Part shown: piece by piece, positions 22,401-33,075 of the stretch
Numbering within the stretch: position 1 is the first letter of the stretch
Layout of the letters: each line of letters begins with the position of its first letter
Assembly (NCBI GenBank): GCA_030704615.1
Contig: CM060731.1
Span: forward strand, 29,698,001 to 29,762,000
Direction of reading: 5' to 3'
Source of the DNA: Takakia lepidozioides
Lineage: Eukaryota > Plantae > Bryophyta
Length of the DNA stretch: 64,000 bases
Position numbers and translations under genes: made by a program
Notes under the pieces: model-generated
Database searches by the model: none
What the model was told of the DNA's origin: nothing
What the model saw: the letters and a program-made list of their open reading frames with translations, nothing else

Positions 22401-25400
22401 TTGGTTCACACACTGTATAGGATACAAAGGATAGGGCAGATGCCCTTGACCAACTTCAAGACCATCCTTTCAGCGGAGATGTACAAGAAGTGCGAAAGCT
22501 CCAAGACATCGGAAACGTGGTACTCGTTGACCCGTGAGGCTTTCATGGAGTACATGTACACGGTGAGATACATCTTCCTTCATCTGGTCTTCCATATTCC
22601 ACATGTTTGTTTCTGTTTGTTTCCCTTGACCTTGTGCTGATGCAACTCTCTTGCATTCCCTTGCAGCAAGACATTGCAGATGCAGGGGAGCGTGGCAAAC
22701 TGGAATACTACAGCTCTACCCCTGAGGAGAGAAGGACAGCAAAGGGGTTGAGAGTCGCATCCAGAAAGAGATGACCGCTACAAGAAGGACTATAATGAGT
22801 GCTTTCGTGAAGCAGTTGAGAATTGCCGACCCATCATTCGGACCGCAGTTTCTCTGGAGATAAAAAACCATTATAACAAGCCAGGCAAGCCAGAAATGGC
22901 CCAGGAGAAGTTGCACAGGTTGTCTACCGCCGTTGTGTCTCCAGAACAAAAGATGAAGTGGCTGCAGATATGGAACTCCGATCCCACAGTTAGGGATACC
23001 CACATGTTCCCAAGGCCGGAGAAAGAGAAGAAGACCCAGCGTGTCATTCCTGTCAGTGACAATGTGCTGGACACCTGGCTTCACAAGGCCACTTACTGGA
23101 GCCAGGTGTGATGTCCTTCCCTGTGTCACTGTCTTTTCTCTTTTCCTGTCCTTATCTTTCTATTGCCTCTTACATTCGCTGTGATTGCTTTTGGGTTCAT
23201 TCTTGCATTTGTATTGTTTTGCAGTTGGAAGAAAGGGCCAGATCGGTTCTGCATACTCAGCTGGCTGACTATGGCATCAGTATGATAGCACCAAAGGTGT
23301 CCTTCGAAGCATACATGAGGAAATGGAGAGCCACAGTGTGGCACTCTTGTTTTTTTAGAGAGTTCAGCAAGGAGGGTGCATCAGTCGAACAAATGAGCTG
23401 GACCAGCAAAAAAGGAGAGGAAGCCTGGAAACGATGCCTTTACAGGTGCACACTCTTGCACTACTTATTTGTGCTGTGGTTGCAATGTGTTGTGTTGGCA
23501 TACTGTTGAAGGGGGTCTTCCTGGTGTGATGGAAAAGTTGCCACACAATATTTCCATTGTAAAAGGTAGTGAAAAAGCTATAAAGTAGGCTCCTGGAAGA
23601 GAAGAAGGTGCGCTGAATGTCCCGGGAAGGAAGGTTTACAAACTCACTTCAGGATGGGGCCCGACCATGTCTCTGTTGCTTGTATTGCCTGGATTTCCCT
23701 GAGTTTACTACTGGGATCTTGCATGACTGGGGCCCAGACCATCTTTCTTCTTGTGGTTGGTATTTGGATTGCCCTCCTTCTGAGCTCCAGAGGTGTCTTT
23801 GAGGAGAGAGAATGACCGTATTGCAGCCACTGCCGCAGCAGCCGACCTCGACATTCATGAACGAAATTTGAGGACTCTTGCAGAGAAGGAGCCTCCCGCT
23901 CAGGATACCCCAGGTAGAGGAAGAAAGGCAAAGGGAAAAGATGTTGCTGGTGTTGTGGGGAAGGGAAGGGGTAGAGGGAAGGTGGCACAAGGGCAGGAAG
24001 TGTTTGCAATATTGGCCCTGTGGCATGTCCAGCAGACTCCACCGCATGGTAGGGGATCCGGGAGAAAAAACAAGGGGGTGGTTGATCCCAAGGACCCGTA
24101 CCATGCAGTGGAACATCCCACGAGGGTCATTCGCCCACCAGGTTGGAGATGGCCAACGTCGGGTTCCTTGCCATGATGGAGTCGAAGAAATCTGATTACA
24201 AGGGCGAGCCATCACCAGTGTGGGACAGGATTGTGCAGTTCCTCAGCACGGTGCGTGTTCTCTTTGGGTTCTGTGGCTTCTTTGTCTTTGTCTGCTGTGG
24301 GCATGGATCGTTTCTAAACTTGTGAGAATTCCATTGTATTTTTGTTTGCAGGCTAAAATGACCAAATCCTGGGTGAACGGCAAGGAGAAGCCATATGCAG
24401 CCGAACTCATCATCTTGGACATCCCTGATGGGTTGGCAGTCCCGGATATCCCTCCATCGGGTGCTTGTCCGGGTTGGAATGCTTTTGATGAGCGCTACTG
24501 GCGGTGGGTTTTCTCCTTTTGCAACTTCTTCCTGTCCGATGCAGGTGTTTTGGTGCTCATCCAGTCCATCGACGTTCGGTGTCGCCGTGCACTTTCCAGC
24601 TATTTGAAAGCCTCGGGCATGAGAGTCGTGAAGACATGGAATTGTGTGAACAGCATGTACCTTACGAAGGGGGATCGTCCGGGAGAGATGGTGAGTTTGC
24701 CTTCTTCTTCCTCTTCTTGGTTGTTCTGGGATGGGGTTGTATAGGTCGCTCAAACTCATATGTAGGGGCCCGATTTTTTTTTGCTTCTTAGTTCCTTGTG
24801 GATGTCATGTTCGCAAACTCGTCTGTTTGAAGCTGTTTTGTCTCGTCCGGGTGCATCCACAAACGACTCCGGCCGGCATTACCGAGTTCGCCATCACTCA
24901 TGGGGCCAAGTTCATAGATGACAGGACAGATCCTCCCACGGATGACATGCATCACAACTACGTCGACAGCAACGTGTGCTTGCGAAGGGGGAATGGGGTT
25001 CCTTGGAGAGGGGCGAGGGAGAGGAGCCCGGCTTTCATTCAAATGATTGTGGAGTGCTGCACCTACACAGACGCCAGAGTTCTGGATTTGTCGATGGGCA
25101 CAGGTTCGTCTCTTCAACATTCACATTTCATGAGGTTTGATTGAGCTTGCACTTTCAGCACTTCCCACCGTTCCGAATGTGTCTTCAATGTCTGCTTCAT
25201 TCATTCTATTCCACTGCAGGTGCTTCTTACCACGCTTGCAAGGCCAGTGCGCGACATCTCTTTGGGATTGAAGGGGATGCTGAGATTTACAAGAACCTCC
25301 TGATGGGTTTGGGTGGACACACTTCTCAAGTCCTTCCGAAGCCCCGTCCCGTTGATACTGATACAGAGGAGACTTCTGACAAGGAGCTGGACTCCGACTT

Positions 25401-25410
25401 TGCCTGTGAG
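19500..25410 (+). pseudogene. Multi-exon cargo gene of element 1: ParB/Srx-like + beta-class amino DNA methyltransferase-like protein; some frameshifts
   Basis: KIPLCRLVSM...FHVWDGNHRLLAW...AMNDVN (21845-22273). AELIILDIPDG...FLSDAGVLVL (24395-24560). RSPAFIQMIVECCTYTDARVLDLSMGTG / ASYHACKASARHLFGIEGDAEIY (25020-25290). GT-AG introns are present, e.g. 19807-21679. Confidence 0.75.
19900..21615. repeat. Intronic array of 40-bp palindromes CAGCTCAAACAGTGTGCG-(TCAA/TTGG)-CGCACACTGTTTGAGCTG in alternating ~115-bp units
   Basis: More than 10 copies with 18-19-bp perfect arms. Two linker types alternate (GAAATTCGGCATTTAGGGCACG and AAATTCGGACTTCCAGGGCAG), giving a ~230-bp higher-order repeat. Confidence 0.95.
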
Positions 25411-26312
25411 TAAGTTCAACCTGTGCATGCTTGCATTGTTGTTTCAATATCGAGAATCGTTGTTCTTGAGGCAAAGTGCACATGGGAGACATCCTCTTTG
25501 TTGGACTTGTGCATTGCATCATTGTGTTAAAAATGGGGTTTTGTGGACATGTGCAGAGTCCGCGTGCTTCCACTTGCCCTCCAGGGCTATCACACCTATT
25601 TGGACTTGTTTGCAGTCCTCCTTGGTCTTGCGTGCTACCTGTCTATGCGGAGGCACTCGCAGCAAGCATGTCCGTTCATGGCACTCGAGTCCACCTTACG
25701 ACGGCCTTCGTAGAACACGTGGTTGGGGCCAGAATCTTTGTAGATGACATAGCACAGGAGGTAGACACTGATTGTGATGACTGCGACACTTGATATGAAG
25801 TTTTTCTTTTGGTTTAATTCTGGGCCAAATTTGAAATGGGATGGTTGTGTCCTTGTTGTCCTGTTTGCAATGTGTGCGTGGAATTCACATTCATGGTTAC
25901 AAACTATTGTTGGAGATGGGGGTTGCATGGACTGCCTGGATTGTTCCTTCAATCTATTTGGTGTTTTGTGGACCTCACAGACTTGAGTACATTGCGAAAA
26001 CAAACAAACCACTTTGGTTCGTGTAGAGCATTCTCGCATCATTTGCTAGTTGGTCCCCAAACTATTCCTGCTAGAAGAATGGTTGGTGAATCCATCACGG
26101 TGAAGTCCACCTCATCAAAAACTGTTCAGGCATTCTCAATTCTACCCACATCAACCCGCAGAAATAGGTGACACCACTCGGAAATAGGTGACATCCGCGG
26201 AAATAGGCATTGTTTGCATGCTGACGTGGCGTGAGCCTGTGCTGGGCTCACGCTTTCCTGGGCTCACAGGCTCACGCCTCCGGGCTCACGGAATAGCACC
26301 CCCCGTTCTTAC

Positions 26313-26998
26313 TGTAGGATGCCAAGTACTGCCGGAGGGACGTCTACACCGGAGTTCATGGGCAGGAGGAACGTGCCTTTTTTTGCCAGGGGGGATTTCA
26401 TGCCTAGTCCAGAAAGGGAGTACATCCTTCCTACTTATGCTGCCCGGCTTGCTTCGGTGTCCATTAGGAGGTGTTCCGAACCTAGTCGTGTACAGCAGAT
26501 TTTAGACGAGGCAAGCCTCAAGAAAATGAAGATGAGGGAGGAGGCATCAGCTATTAGACCCCGTCGGGCTCGTAGATTTGTCTTGGATTCTGCTGAGGAA
26601 AGTGGGGGAGAAGACGCAGAAGATTCCCAGGAGGTGAGGTGGACAGTCCCCCAAGGAGAGGACAGGATTTTTGAGAGGCATAGTGGAACTGATGCATCAC
26701 AGAGCTTGGAGGATGAGGGGGATGAGGGGGATGAGGAAGAAGGTGGGGCAAGTTCCTCGGAGGGTGTAGGAGAGTAGTGCATATTCCGGCTATGACAGTT
26801 AGAACACACTTGTATAGACGTGGCTTGCCACAAAATTTGCAATAAAATGTTGCATTTCAAGTCCACTGGTGCCACATTCCAACTTCACATGACCCTATTT
26901 CCGTGCCTCCTAACCCTATTTCCGTGGACTCACAATGGTCTGCTCATGTTTTTTTTTTTCCACTCATGCTCATGCCGCTCATGAAATAGCAGCCCCCC
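26313..26998 (-). mobile_element. Element 2 left end (inverted)
   Basis: CTCATGCTCATGCCGCTCATGAAATAGCAGCCCCCC mirrors the right end at 15130-15175 and abuts the other half of the split LTR. Confidence 0.75.
26318..26777 (+). CDS. Displaced last exon of the element 2 cargo gene (acidic tail)
   Basis: Removing element 1 and re-inverting joins the donor GA|GTGAGT (2924, minus) to the acceptor TTCTTACTGTAG|G (26317). This gives in-frame TAC GAG ATG CCA into ORF 26319-26777. Confidence 0.6.
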
Positions 26999-27000
26999 AC

Positions 27001-27302
27001 TAGGGAGTAGTAACCCCGAGAACGGTGCAAGCCCGTTGGTGACCAAAAACTAGTGAGTAAGCAAGCGAGCCGGAAAGCGACCAAGGAGTGGGGAGCTATT
27101 CCGGACTGCCATCTACCAAAGGGAATTTCCACTAGGCCTAAATTGGTGGAGGGTCTGGTGGGAGAGTAAAGGGGGACCGTTATGTCCCGGTGAGCAGCCG
27201 AAGCTCCAAGTTGGCCCGGCGGCCAGGTTGGGAGTTAGGCGCGCGCATCAAAGCGAGTAACTATGACTTGAAGGGGAACTTACCAAAGTGAGGTGCGCGG
27301 CA
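27001..27302 (+). mobile_element. Chromovirus 3' LTR, distal portion (inverted), followed by TSD CACTC
   Basis: Reverse complement of 31216-31517. It ends ...GGCA then CACTC, matching GAGTG (revcomp CACTC) flanking the 5' LTR at 31896-31900. Confidence 0.85.
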
Positions 27303-27430
27303 CACTCCAGACCGGCAGTGATCCCCCACCTCTAATCGCCCGCCAAGTGCTGCTCCCCCGAACCGTCGATCCCCTGCTCATCCATCCAACCTCAAAACAA
27401 TGGATGTTCTGGGTCATCCGCCCCTTATCC

Positions 27431-28760
27431 TGTCGAGCGGCTTTCACTCACCCATCCCTTCGCTATCCGAGGCGGAAACTCCAAGATAGAAGAGTTGGAT
27501 ATCTCTAAGCACTCACCCCGCTCAAAACAATCAGTCATGACCTACAGCTAGTGAATCATGGTTGCGCTTCCTATTTGTATTTCTTCTTGCCTTCATGTTA
27601 GTCAATTACCTTACTGTGTATACTGAAGCATCAGATTGCTTCAGTATCTACCAAGCTCCAATCAATCAATCATTCATTCATTCCACAGCTTCTCTCGTGT
27701 CTCTCTACACAGTATGTTTGTATCGAATAAGTATCAGATTAAGATTAATCAGGTATCATGCCAATGCTAATCTACCCTACTGTATGATTCTACAGCTTGC
27801 ATGAATTAAGCCTCAATCAAGTCATCATCTCCTCTTCACTATTTCCGCTCTCCGTTTCGTCTCCTCCTCCCCTGACCAAGTCGTGCTCCTCAAGAAGTGA
27901 TCCCCTTCCTGTTGCCGCCCTGCTTAATCTACCCGCAAGCTGTTCTAACCACCTAACTAACTAACTGTCACCCCTGAAGTAACACGTTCCCTCTGCAGAT
28001 GTCATTCCTACACAGCCATTCCCTGTCAATGATAACCGTTCCCTATGTACGCTGTGACAGGCCGTGCCAAGCTGTGTCGAGCTGTGACTGTGCCGAGCTG
28101 TGACTGGCTGTGTAAAGCTGTGTCGGGCTGTGACTGACTGTGCGAAGCTGTGTCGAGCTGTGACAAACTGTGTCGGGCTGTGACTGACTGTGCGAAGCTG
28201 TGTCGGGCTATGACAGACTGTGTCGGGCTGTGTCTGGCTGTGACGGGCTATCTACCCCCCTAAAGCCTGCGCCCACCACCCCTAAGGCTCCTGTTGGTCT
28301 CAGTCTACCATCCGTAAGTCTGTGCAAAAATTAAGGATACCCCACAGAACCCGTAAAAGCGTCTAAGTCCCAAACAGCCCTCTAACATTACCCCTCCCCC
28401 TCTCAAAAAGCCGTGTCCTCACGGTTTACTGTTTAGGATCAGCAAACCTTTGTGAGCGAGCACCCTTCTGACGGTGAGAGTCTCGTGAAGGACTGCGTGT
28501 GCGAGCTCGAGCCCTGTCACTGGCTGATGGAGGCGATTGTGTAGTACCTGGAAATGTCTGACCCTCCTGTGGTTGACAACGAGGTAACCTCTCAGCGATA
28601 GAAGATCCCCGTCGTTTCTTCTCTGCCATCTGGAGTGCATAGTCCTCTGCCATGTCAAAAGATTCCCCTGAAGAACCGGTAGTATCATAATCATCGTCCC
28701 CCCTTAGGTGTTTTAACGGCCGAACTTTAAGTGGCTTCTCCGGAATCCTGCGTGGCATAC
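27431..28760 (-). mobile_element. Second LTR retrotransposon: 3' LTR (27431-28387) with internal minisatellite, PPT and truncated internal region
   Basis: TG...CA bounded segment. The purine tract GAGAGGGGGGAGGGGTAA lies just upstream on minus (28388-28405). CTGTG(T/A)C minisatellite at 28060-28250. Confidence 0.6.
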
Positions 28761-31160
28761 TGTGACCCCGAATTCGCACTTTGAAGCTTTGGCATACAAC
28801 TTCCCTTCCCGCAATTTCTGGAACACCCTTTTTAGGTGCTCCAGGTGCTCTTCCTTTGTTTTCGAATACACCAAGATGTCGTCGATGTACATGATCACAA
28901 AGTCATCCAACCACTCCTGGAAAAGGCTGTTCATTAGCGTGCTAAAGGTCGCGGGTGCGTTGGTGAGCCCAAAAGGCATCACCAAGAACTCATATGAACC
29001 ATACCTTGTCCTGCACGGGGTCTTCTCCTTGTCTCCTTCCGCCACTTGAATTTGATGGTAGCCGGAGCGCAAATCGATCCGGCTGAAATACTTCGCTCCT
29101 GCCAACCGATCAAAGAGGTCATCGATCCTTGGCAAAGGGTACCAATTTTTGATAGTCACCTTATTTAGAGCCCTGTAATCGACACACATCCGCAGCGTCC
29201 CATCCTTCTTGTCTGCGAATAGCACCGGGGCTCCGTAAGGTGACTTACTCGGCCGGATGTACCCTTTGACATTAGATCCTTGAGCTGAGTCTTCAGCTCG
29301 ACCAACTCTATGTGGCTCAACCGGTAGGGCGCCTTGGCAGGCGGCTCCGATCCCGGTATCACCTCAATCTTGTGGTCAACTCCTCTTCGCGGTGGCAAGC
29401 CGCTCGGTAAATCCTCCGGCATCACATCCTGGTATTTCTCCAAAATCCCCTTGATCCAATCTGGGCTCGGCTCCCTATCGCCTTCTCCCTTCACTTGTCT
29501 CATGCAAAGCAAAAACTGGGGCTCGTGTGGCTCCTCCACGGCCCACTCCTTTGTTGATAACATGTTTATTTTCCCTCCCATTGGGTTGGGCGTTTCCGAC
29601 ACTCTTAAAACTTCGCCACCATTCCCACATGATAGCGTGACTATTCTCTTGCGGCCATCTATGACCGCTCCGGATTTGAGATCCACTCCATCGATCTCGC
29701 AAATGGTGAAGTTCTCACGTCCCTCCCAATTCCCGAGCTGAAGAGGAACATCGAATGCCAACCTCATCGCCAATTGTGGTTCTCCTTTGGCAGTACGCAC
29801 CTCAATAGAGGCCCCCACATCACTTGTCGGGAGTCCCTGCTTCCGTGTCGTTGCCGGTGTCATGAAGGAGTGCGACGCTCTTGTGTCCACCAACAACGAC
29901 ACGTTAGTTCCGGAGATTATCCCACTCACAAACATTAATTGACTCCCTTTACGCAAGGCGCCAATTTCCTAATACAACTCACAAGAGTAGTTGACTATCT
30001 TGCAAGTCTTGGCGACCACCGCCTCCACCAAGCGGCTGATGGAAGCTTCGGACAACTCCGTGGTTGCCCGAGTCATGTTCAATTGTCTGGGATTCGTAAA
30101 CTTTTTGGCCATGTGCCCGGGCTCCCCACAATTGAAGCACACTCCATCGAAGGTTGCCTTTTGTCCGCCATAAGGCGTCGCATCTGATTTTCCTTTCGGA
30201 TCACTGGGTGTCGTCTTGGCGTGTGAAGGCCCTCCCTTCGATTTCCACGTGCCATTGTCGCCGCGTGGCCTATCCCACTTCTTTTCCGGTCGAAAGGAGT
30301 CACCCTCCCGCCGGGTCTTCTTGTGGTTCAGCTCCATACGGCCTTGTCTTTCGCCCCTAGGGACATCTGAGAAACATTCAGCCCTCTCAATTGCCTCGTT
30401 CAAAGTCTTAGGTGGCTTCTCCTCCAACTTCCGCTTGGCCCATGGGGCCAGTCCCGCCACAAAGTTGAAGACCCATTTCTGGTTCTGCCATGTCCGCGAC
30501 TTCGAGCAACAACACATTGAAAGCCTGAACATATCCCCGACTGTCATCCGTTTGCTTCAGATTCCTCATCTTGTCCTGGGCGAGCCAGGACGCGTTGAGG
30601 GGCACAAACTGTCTCCTCATCAGTTCCTTGAACCCACTCCAGTTCAAGGTTTCCGGGTTTGGACCTCGGTCGTGAAGGCGTTTCTGCCACCATTGTTGAG
30701 CATAGCCCCTTAAATAGGTGGGAGCCACTTCTACCCGATCCTCGTCACTCAACTTGGCCGCCCGGAAGTACTGCTCTAGCTCCAAGAGCCAGGTGTTGAG
30801 TGCCTTCCGATTTCGGACGCCCTCGAAGGTGCCGGGTTCCTTAGGCTTCACCTTAAATTTTGCCTTAGTGGAAGTGACATTAGCTGCCTTCAACACGTCT
30901 TTCAACGTCCCGCCAAATTGCGCCAACAACCCTTCCCAAAAGGCTGCTGGCATGGGAGACATCTGTTGGTATGTCGGAGCTCTCAGGAATTCCTCGGGCT
31001 CCGACTCCTCAGATTCCTCCCGTCATTGAGTGCCCTCGCTTTCAAAAGCATGTATCGCTTCCTCAAATGGGCGCTTCGGTGACACGTCGCCCCTATCGGC
31101 CTCACCAGGATCATCGTCTTTCGGGCCGTTCCGCTTTCTCTTTGGCTTGCCCGACCCCAT
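28760..31160 (-). pseudogene. Ty3/gypsy gag - protease - reverse transcriptase (frameshifted, truncated at end of RT)
   Basis: Retrotrans gag (KEPGTFEG...TYLRGYAQQWW), knuckle CFNCGEPGH, protease [24 protein letters not shown]...MPFGLTNAP...YIDDILVYS. Confidence 0.9.
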
Positions 31161-31200
31161 GATGAGGTCGATCTCAAGGACGATCGCGTACTGAACTCTA

Positions 31201-31213
31201 AGCTCTGATACCA
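31201..31213 (-). promoter_or_regulatory. Primer-binding site (tRNA-iMet) TGGTATCAGAGCT
   Basis: Canonical PBS 2 nt inside the 5' LTR end. Confidence 0.9.
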
Positions 31214-31215
31214 AG

Positions 31216-31895
31216 TGTCGTGCACCTCACTTCGGTAAGTTCCCCTTCAAGTCATAGTTACTCGCTTTGATGCGCGCGCCTAACTCCCAACCTGGCCGCC
31301 GGGCCAACTTGGAGCTTTGGCTGCTCACCGGGACATAACGGTCCCCCTTTACTCTCCCACCAGACCCTCCACCAATTTAGGCCTAGTGGAAATTCCCTTT
31401 GGTAGATGGCAGTCCGGAATAGCTCCCCACTCCTTGGTCGCTTTCCGGCTCGCTCACTTACTCACTAGTTTTTGGTCACCAACGGGCTTGCACCGTTCTC
31501 GGGGTTACTACTCCCTATATATACTTCTGTGACTGTCCGCAGGGGTTCCACAAACAACACCATCCTTTTATGGCGAACCACCACGAAGACCCTCGATTCC
31601 CGGTGATGAGTCGCGGTGAGTCTTGGCCCGCCCACCACGGCCCCATTGGACCGTGATGAGTCCCAAGACTCCCCATGACTCCCACCACAAGGTCTCCGCC
31701 CCATGGTGAGTCCTATGCCACCCCCACCGCAACCCGGTGTGCGGGGCTCCACCTAGTGAGCGCCTCCGCCTCCTTGAGTGCCTTGGGCACTCAAGGGTGC
31801 TTCAGCCCCCGCATCTATTGTTGCCACCGCCCCCACCACAAGGGCAGCCCCTCTCGTGTCCCGACCCCCTGCCCTCAAGGCAAAGGGCCGCGACA
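31216..31895 (-). mobile_element. Intact 5' LTR (680 bp) of chromovirus
   Basis: TGTCG...CGACA termini and adjacent PBS. Both halves are duplicated at 15176-15578 and 27001-27302. Confidence 0.9.
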
Positions 31896-32700
31896 GAGTG
31901 GGGATCAAGCCGGGTCGGGGGATCGCGCCGTGGATGGGAAGAGGGGATCAGCAGCGAGGGGGGAGCGCCACGTGCTGTCCGATGGGTGGAGTGAGATCAG
32001 TCACCACATTGGACGGGGGATCAACCGAGGAGGGGGGGGGGGGCGGCGACGTGTCGGGGGATCGGGCCGTCGATGGGAAGAGGGGATTGACGGCGGGGGG
32101 AGCGGCATGTGGCCTGTCAGTGTCATCGGGCCTTCTCCGGCCGTCATCCATCCCTTGCGCGGGAGGATGGCGGGGGGATGAGGGGCGGATGACACACAAA
32201 CATCCATTGTTTGTGAGGATGGATGCGCAGGGGATCGACGGTCCGCACGTGGCGGGCGATTAGGGTTGGGGGATCACTCCGGTCCGGAAGGGGGATCAAG
32301 GCGCGTTGGGGGGAGCGGCGACGTCTCGGGGGAGCGCACCGTGGATGGGAGGAGGGGATCGACGGCGGCGGGAGCGCCACATGGCGATGGGCACGTCATG
32401 GGGCCTTCATCCGGCCGTCATCCATTTAATTGAGGTTGGATGGATGGGGAGGGGATCGACGGTTCGGGGTAGCGCCACGTGGCTGGAGATGGGGGTGGGG
32501 GATCACTCCGGCACTGGAAGGGGGATCAACCCAGTGAGGGGATCCACAGCAGGGGGCGCCACGTGGCTGGAGATCGGCGGTGTGCTGTGGGGCGCCGCGT
32601 GGCTAGCGGTGGGCGGGGGTCAGGGTCCCGGGCGGGCGGGCGCGGGGGGGTCAGGGGGGGCGCGGGGGAGCATGGGGCGGGCGGGGGTGGGGATGATTTG
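31896..32700. repeat. GC-rich degenerate tandem repeat (GGGGATC / GCCACGTGG units); continues inverted at 27303-27430
   Basis: GGGGATCA/GGGGATCG and CGCCACGTGG recur many times. 27303-27430 is a reverse-complement homolog of ~32180-32290. Confidence 0.75.
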
Positions 32701-32959
32701 ACATGTGGCGTCCAGCTCGCCGACGAGGCTGCCGGAGCGGGGGTTCCCGGCTGTACCTCGCGGGCCATACCCGTCAGCTCACACGCTTGCAATAAAATCA
32801 AGCCACATCCATACTGGGACCGATAATGGAGACTCCCTGCCAAAACCCAGTGTTTGGGGGAACTTGCTCTAATGCCATCAAATCCTTCTGACGCCATACC
32901 TGGTATGATTATCACACTAGTTCCTATGCTGAATTGCGTCTGCTACTCTCTGTAATCTA

Positions 32960-33075
32960 ACAGGCATTCAACTTTTTGCCTCGGTTGTCCCACCATTGAC
33001 TGGGGTCAGAAAAGTATTCATTCCACAGCTTCTCCTCATCTCTGTTATCTGTTTTTGGATACCACATATCCACCC
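32960..33075 (-). pseudogene. Fragment resembling the C-terminal PDF motif region of organellar ssDNA-binding (OSB) proteins
   Basis: EEKLWNEYFSDPSQWWDNRGKKLN. No surrounding OB fold is visible. Confidence 0.5.

Larger units (their letters stand above)
18045..26304 (-). mobile_element. Element 1, left (cargo-side) part, inverted relative to 1-2800
   Basis: Terminus GCTCACGGAATAGCACCCCCC (ends 26304) with GCTCAC repeats, then GTTCTTAC, the reverse complement of GTAAGAAC at 2801. Confidence 0.7.

Noticed and set aside
2799-26314. Single 23.5-kb Tc1/mariner-like element bounded by CAGTAAGAAC...GTTCTTACTG 'TIRs'
   Set aside because: There is no TA on the left. The match is better explained as an inverted TSD, supported by the restored intron, the split LTR and the gypsy TSD.
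1-26998. Bacterial/phage contamination as source of ParB-MTase
   Set aside because: The genes have GT-AG introns at shared positions, sit within MULE ends, and are nested in a plant chromovirus contiguous with plant host genes.
31675-32915. Gly/Arg/Pro-rich ORFs
   Set aside because: They arise from LTR and GC-rich repeat sequence, with no domain evidence.
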